Shown piece by piece: positions 62,564 through 64,000 of a stretch of 64,000 nt of DNA. Location: IMG/VR virus record IMGVR_UViG_3300046804_002424, positions 2,068-66,067 of that record. One strand, 5' to 3'. The notes under the pieces were generated by a model, which was given only the letters and a program-made list of their open reading frames with translations, had not been told where the DNA came from and did no database searches. This stretch comes from a virus (Duplodnaviria > Caudoviricetes). Position 1 is the stretch's first letter. Every line of letters starts with the position of its first letter. The position numbers were made by a program, and so were the translations under genes.

Positions 62564-62671
62564 ATGGTCGATATTAACTGGGTACAAATAGGTGTGGGAT
62601 TTATTGCTGGCATTATTGGTTCTTACCTTGTTTCTGACCTTGTTTTTCCAGTAAATAGTAATAAGGAATAG
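62564..62671 (+). CDS. Membrane micro-protein (35 aa)
   Basis: MVDINWVQIGVGFIAGIIGSYLVSDLVFPVNSNKE. Confidence 0.5.
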   Translation: MVDINWVQIGVGFIAGIIGSYLVSDLVFPVNSNKE

Positions 62672-62675
62672 TAAC

Positions 62676-62753
62676 ATGACTATTATGGACAAGTGTACAC
62701 TGGTGGTGTCGTTTGTGGTAGGGTGTGTAGCCGCTTGGGTTGTGAACAGTTGA
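62676..62753 (+). CDS. Membrane micro-protein (25 aa)
   Basis: MTIMDKCTLVVSFVVGCVAAWVVNS; AAGGA SD. Confidence 0.45.
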   Translation: MTIMDKCTLVVSFVVGCVAAWVVNS

Positions 62754-62954
62754 CCTAAGTGCTTGTGGCGTAAAGAGTTACGACAAACTCGGCGGGCCGC
62801 GATTTTTTTTGGCACGATATTTGCTACATAGCAAGCGCCGTGCCAAACGACTGCCCGAAACCTTACGACATTGCAACGAAAAAATATTTGTGGTGGTGGG
62901 CTTGACAGGCCGATATTAGACTGTAGAATCAGCGTATCACCCGGAGAGAAAAAG

Positions 62955-63137
62955 ATGATCAACTCTTTTGACGATGTGAATCGGATTCTGGCGGAACTGG
63001 CCGAGATGGGCACGATTGAACCGATGGTCGAGCCGATTGATGAGAACGATTGTCACCCAATGGACTATGCGGACGTTACTGGGTTGTGGGATGAAATGTA
63101 TCCCGAACCGCTTGACGCAAACGATTTTGTGTGGTAA
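62955..63137 (+). CDS. Acidic early protein (60 aa)
   Basis: GGAG SD, promoter 62902; Asp/Glu-rich. Confidence 0.65.
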   Translation: MINSFDDVNRILAELAEMGTIEPMVEPIDENDCHPMDYADVTGLWDEMYPEPLDANDFVW

Positions 63138-63158
63138 AGTCTAACTAAGGAGAAAAAC

Positions 63159-63485
63159 ATGAGTCACCCTGATCCCCTGTTCGATCCCGATAACTCTTAT
63201 GAGGATGATAACGTGGACTATAACTACGACGATCACGACGATTTCTTCCGCGATGATCTGGATGAGTTGCGTGGTCGTGAAGTCGAGTATGACAGCCCCG
63301 ATTCCGACCCGGATGGTGATGGCGACTACGATCCCGACTATGATGTTTGGGATAGCATGGACGGAGATCACGACAGTGCCATGACCAGTTGCGGCTGGGG
63401 AACTGACGAGGACTACGGTTACTATGGCGATGATGATCGTGAGGATTTCCATAGCGATGACGGCTACGGAAGTTACGACGATTGA
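63159..63485 (+). CDS. Extremely Asp-rich early protein (108 aa)
   Basis: About 42 Asp/Glu and no Lys; AAGGAG SD; has its own promoter. Confidence 0.75.
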   Translation: MSHPDPLFDPDNSYEDDNVDYNYDDHDDFFRDDLDELRGREVEYDSPDSDPDGDGDYDPDYDVWDSMDGDHDSAMTSCGWGTDEDYGYYGDDDREDFHSDDGYGSYDD

Positions 63486-63654
63486 GCCTAAAGCCTTGAT
63501 GCATAACACTTTGCGTCAAGGCCGGCCGCCCCCGTTCAACGTAAACTCTTATCTGCTAATGACTTATACCAAAAAAGATTTTTTCAAGAAAAACCTATTG
63601 ACAGACCGATAATACTTGATAGAATACTCGTATCACCACCAACAAGGAGCGATT

Positions 63655-63894
63655 ATGAATACTCTCTGTGCTACGATTTTTGGTATTGCTTGGGCCGTTG
63701 TTTTCTGTCTGATCATGAAGATCACTTTCATGCTGGGCTGGGGAGAGCCTAACGTGATCCCAGAAGCGGGTGAAACCTATGCTGGTTGGTGGGCTATGCT
63801 CTTTTTCTGTAATGTTGCCCCTTGGGCTTTCTGGGGTGTGTTCTTCGATGTTGTTGGATGCGTTCAACGATTTTTTCGTCGTTGCAAGGCTTGA
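63655..63894 (+). CDS. Two-helix membrane protein (79 aa)
   Basis: AAGGAG SD before ATG 63655; two hydrophobic segments. Confidence 0.65.
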   Translation: MNTLCATIFGIAWAVVFCLIMKITFMLGWGEPNVIPEAGETYAGWWAMLFFCNVAPWAFWGVFFDVVGCVQRFFRRCKA

Positions 63895-63954
63895 CAACTA
63901 AAGATTCATCCTGTAAAATATCGATATAAGGTTATCACCCCAAAAGGAAAGAAC

Positions 63955-64000
63955 ATGACTCACACCGAAGCGACTAAGATGGTTCTCGGAAAGCGTAACC
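63955..64000 (+). CDS. Start of a paralog of 62188-62496 (truncated by window)
   Basis: MTHTEATKMVLGKRN versus MTHAEAVKMVRGKRN. Confidence 0.6.
   Translation, partial: MTHTEATKMVLGKRN

Larger units (their letters stand above)
58018..62846. promoter_or_regulatory. Ten sigma54 -24/-12 elements TTGGCAY-N5-TTGCT
   Basis: Plus strand: 58048, 59098, 59133, 60023, 61163, 62809. Minus strand: 58018-34, 59694-710, 59802-18, 62830-46. One degenerate copy at 59717. Confidence 0.85.
57956..63566. repeat. Eight dispersed 25-bp dyads TAA-N4-TTR-N5-YAW-N4-TTR (IHF-like)
   Basis: Copies start at 57956, 59024, 59749, 59975, 61087, 62756, 63489 and 63542. Confidence 0.8.
58102..63919 (+). promoter_or_regulatory. 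Fourteen sigma70-type early promoters
   Basis: TTGACN (TTGCAT at 60429)-N16/17-TANNNT; -35 at 58102, 58399, 58622, 59186, 59380, 60429, 61205, 61376, 61602, 61938, 62902, 63112, 63598, 63891. Confidence 0.85.

Noticed and set aside
57940-63570. CRISPR array or integron attC array from the recurring early-region repeats
   Set aside because: The repeats are degenerate, irregularly spaced hundreds of bp apart and in mixed orientation. No cas or integrase gene and no attC GTTRRRY/RYYYAAC structure is seen.
58099-63897. Minus-strand ORFs in the early region (e.g. 58407-58958, 60478-61002, 63141-63509)
   Set aside because: They are shadows of + strand genes that have promoters and RBSs, and their compositions mirror the sense-strand codons.
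1-64000. tRNA or rRNA genes
   Set aside because: No cloverleaf or T-loop pattern was recognised in the intergenic gaps by eye; tRNAscan-SE was not run.

Overview
The window is part of a large tailed dsDNA phage genome read in the standard genetic code. It is probably a siphovirus, since a tail tube and a long tape measure are present and no sheath is seen. A Planctomycetota-like host is inferred from the style of several proteins. 1-2 kb (+): end of a recombination/accessory block. 2-57 kb (-): one AT-rich late/structural block. In transcription order it holds a phage sigma factor, putative TerS, GDP-mannose 4,6-dehydratase, HNH, ERCC4 nuclease, TerL, portal, protease/scaffold, decoration protein, major capsid, adaptors and fibres, neck, tail tube, chaperones, a 3138-aa tape measure with repeat-bounded enzyme-like cargo, more fibres, hub proteins and very Cys-rich distal proteins. 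57.8-64 kb (+): a more GC-rich early region of tiny ORFs. Its most striking feature is a repeated regulatory cassette: 10 exact sigma54 -24/-12 sites (TTGGCAY-N5-TTGCT) on both strands, 8 dyad IHF-like sites, helically phased enhancer-like palindromes, and 14 sigma70 promoters, 13 of them carrying a YCGATA box. This looks like a phage-borne sigma54/IHF/enhancer array controlling acidic DNA-mimic-like proteins and membrane micropeptides. All product calls come from reading motifs and gene order; no database searches were run.
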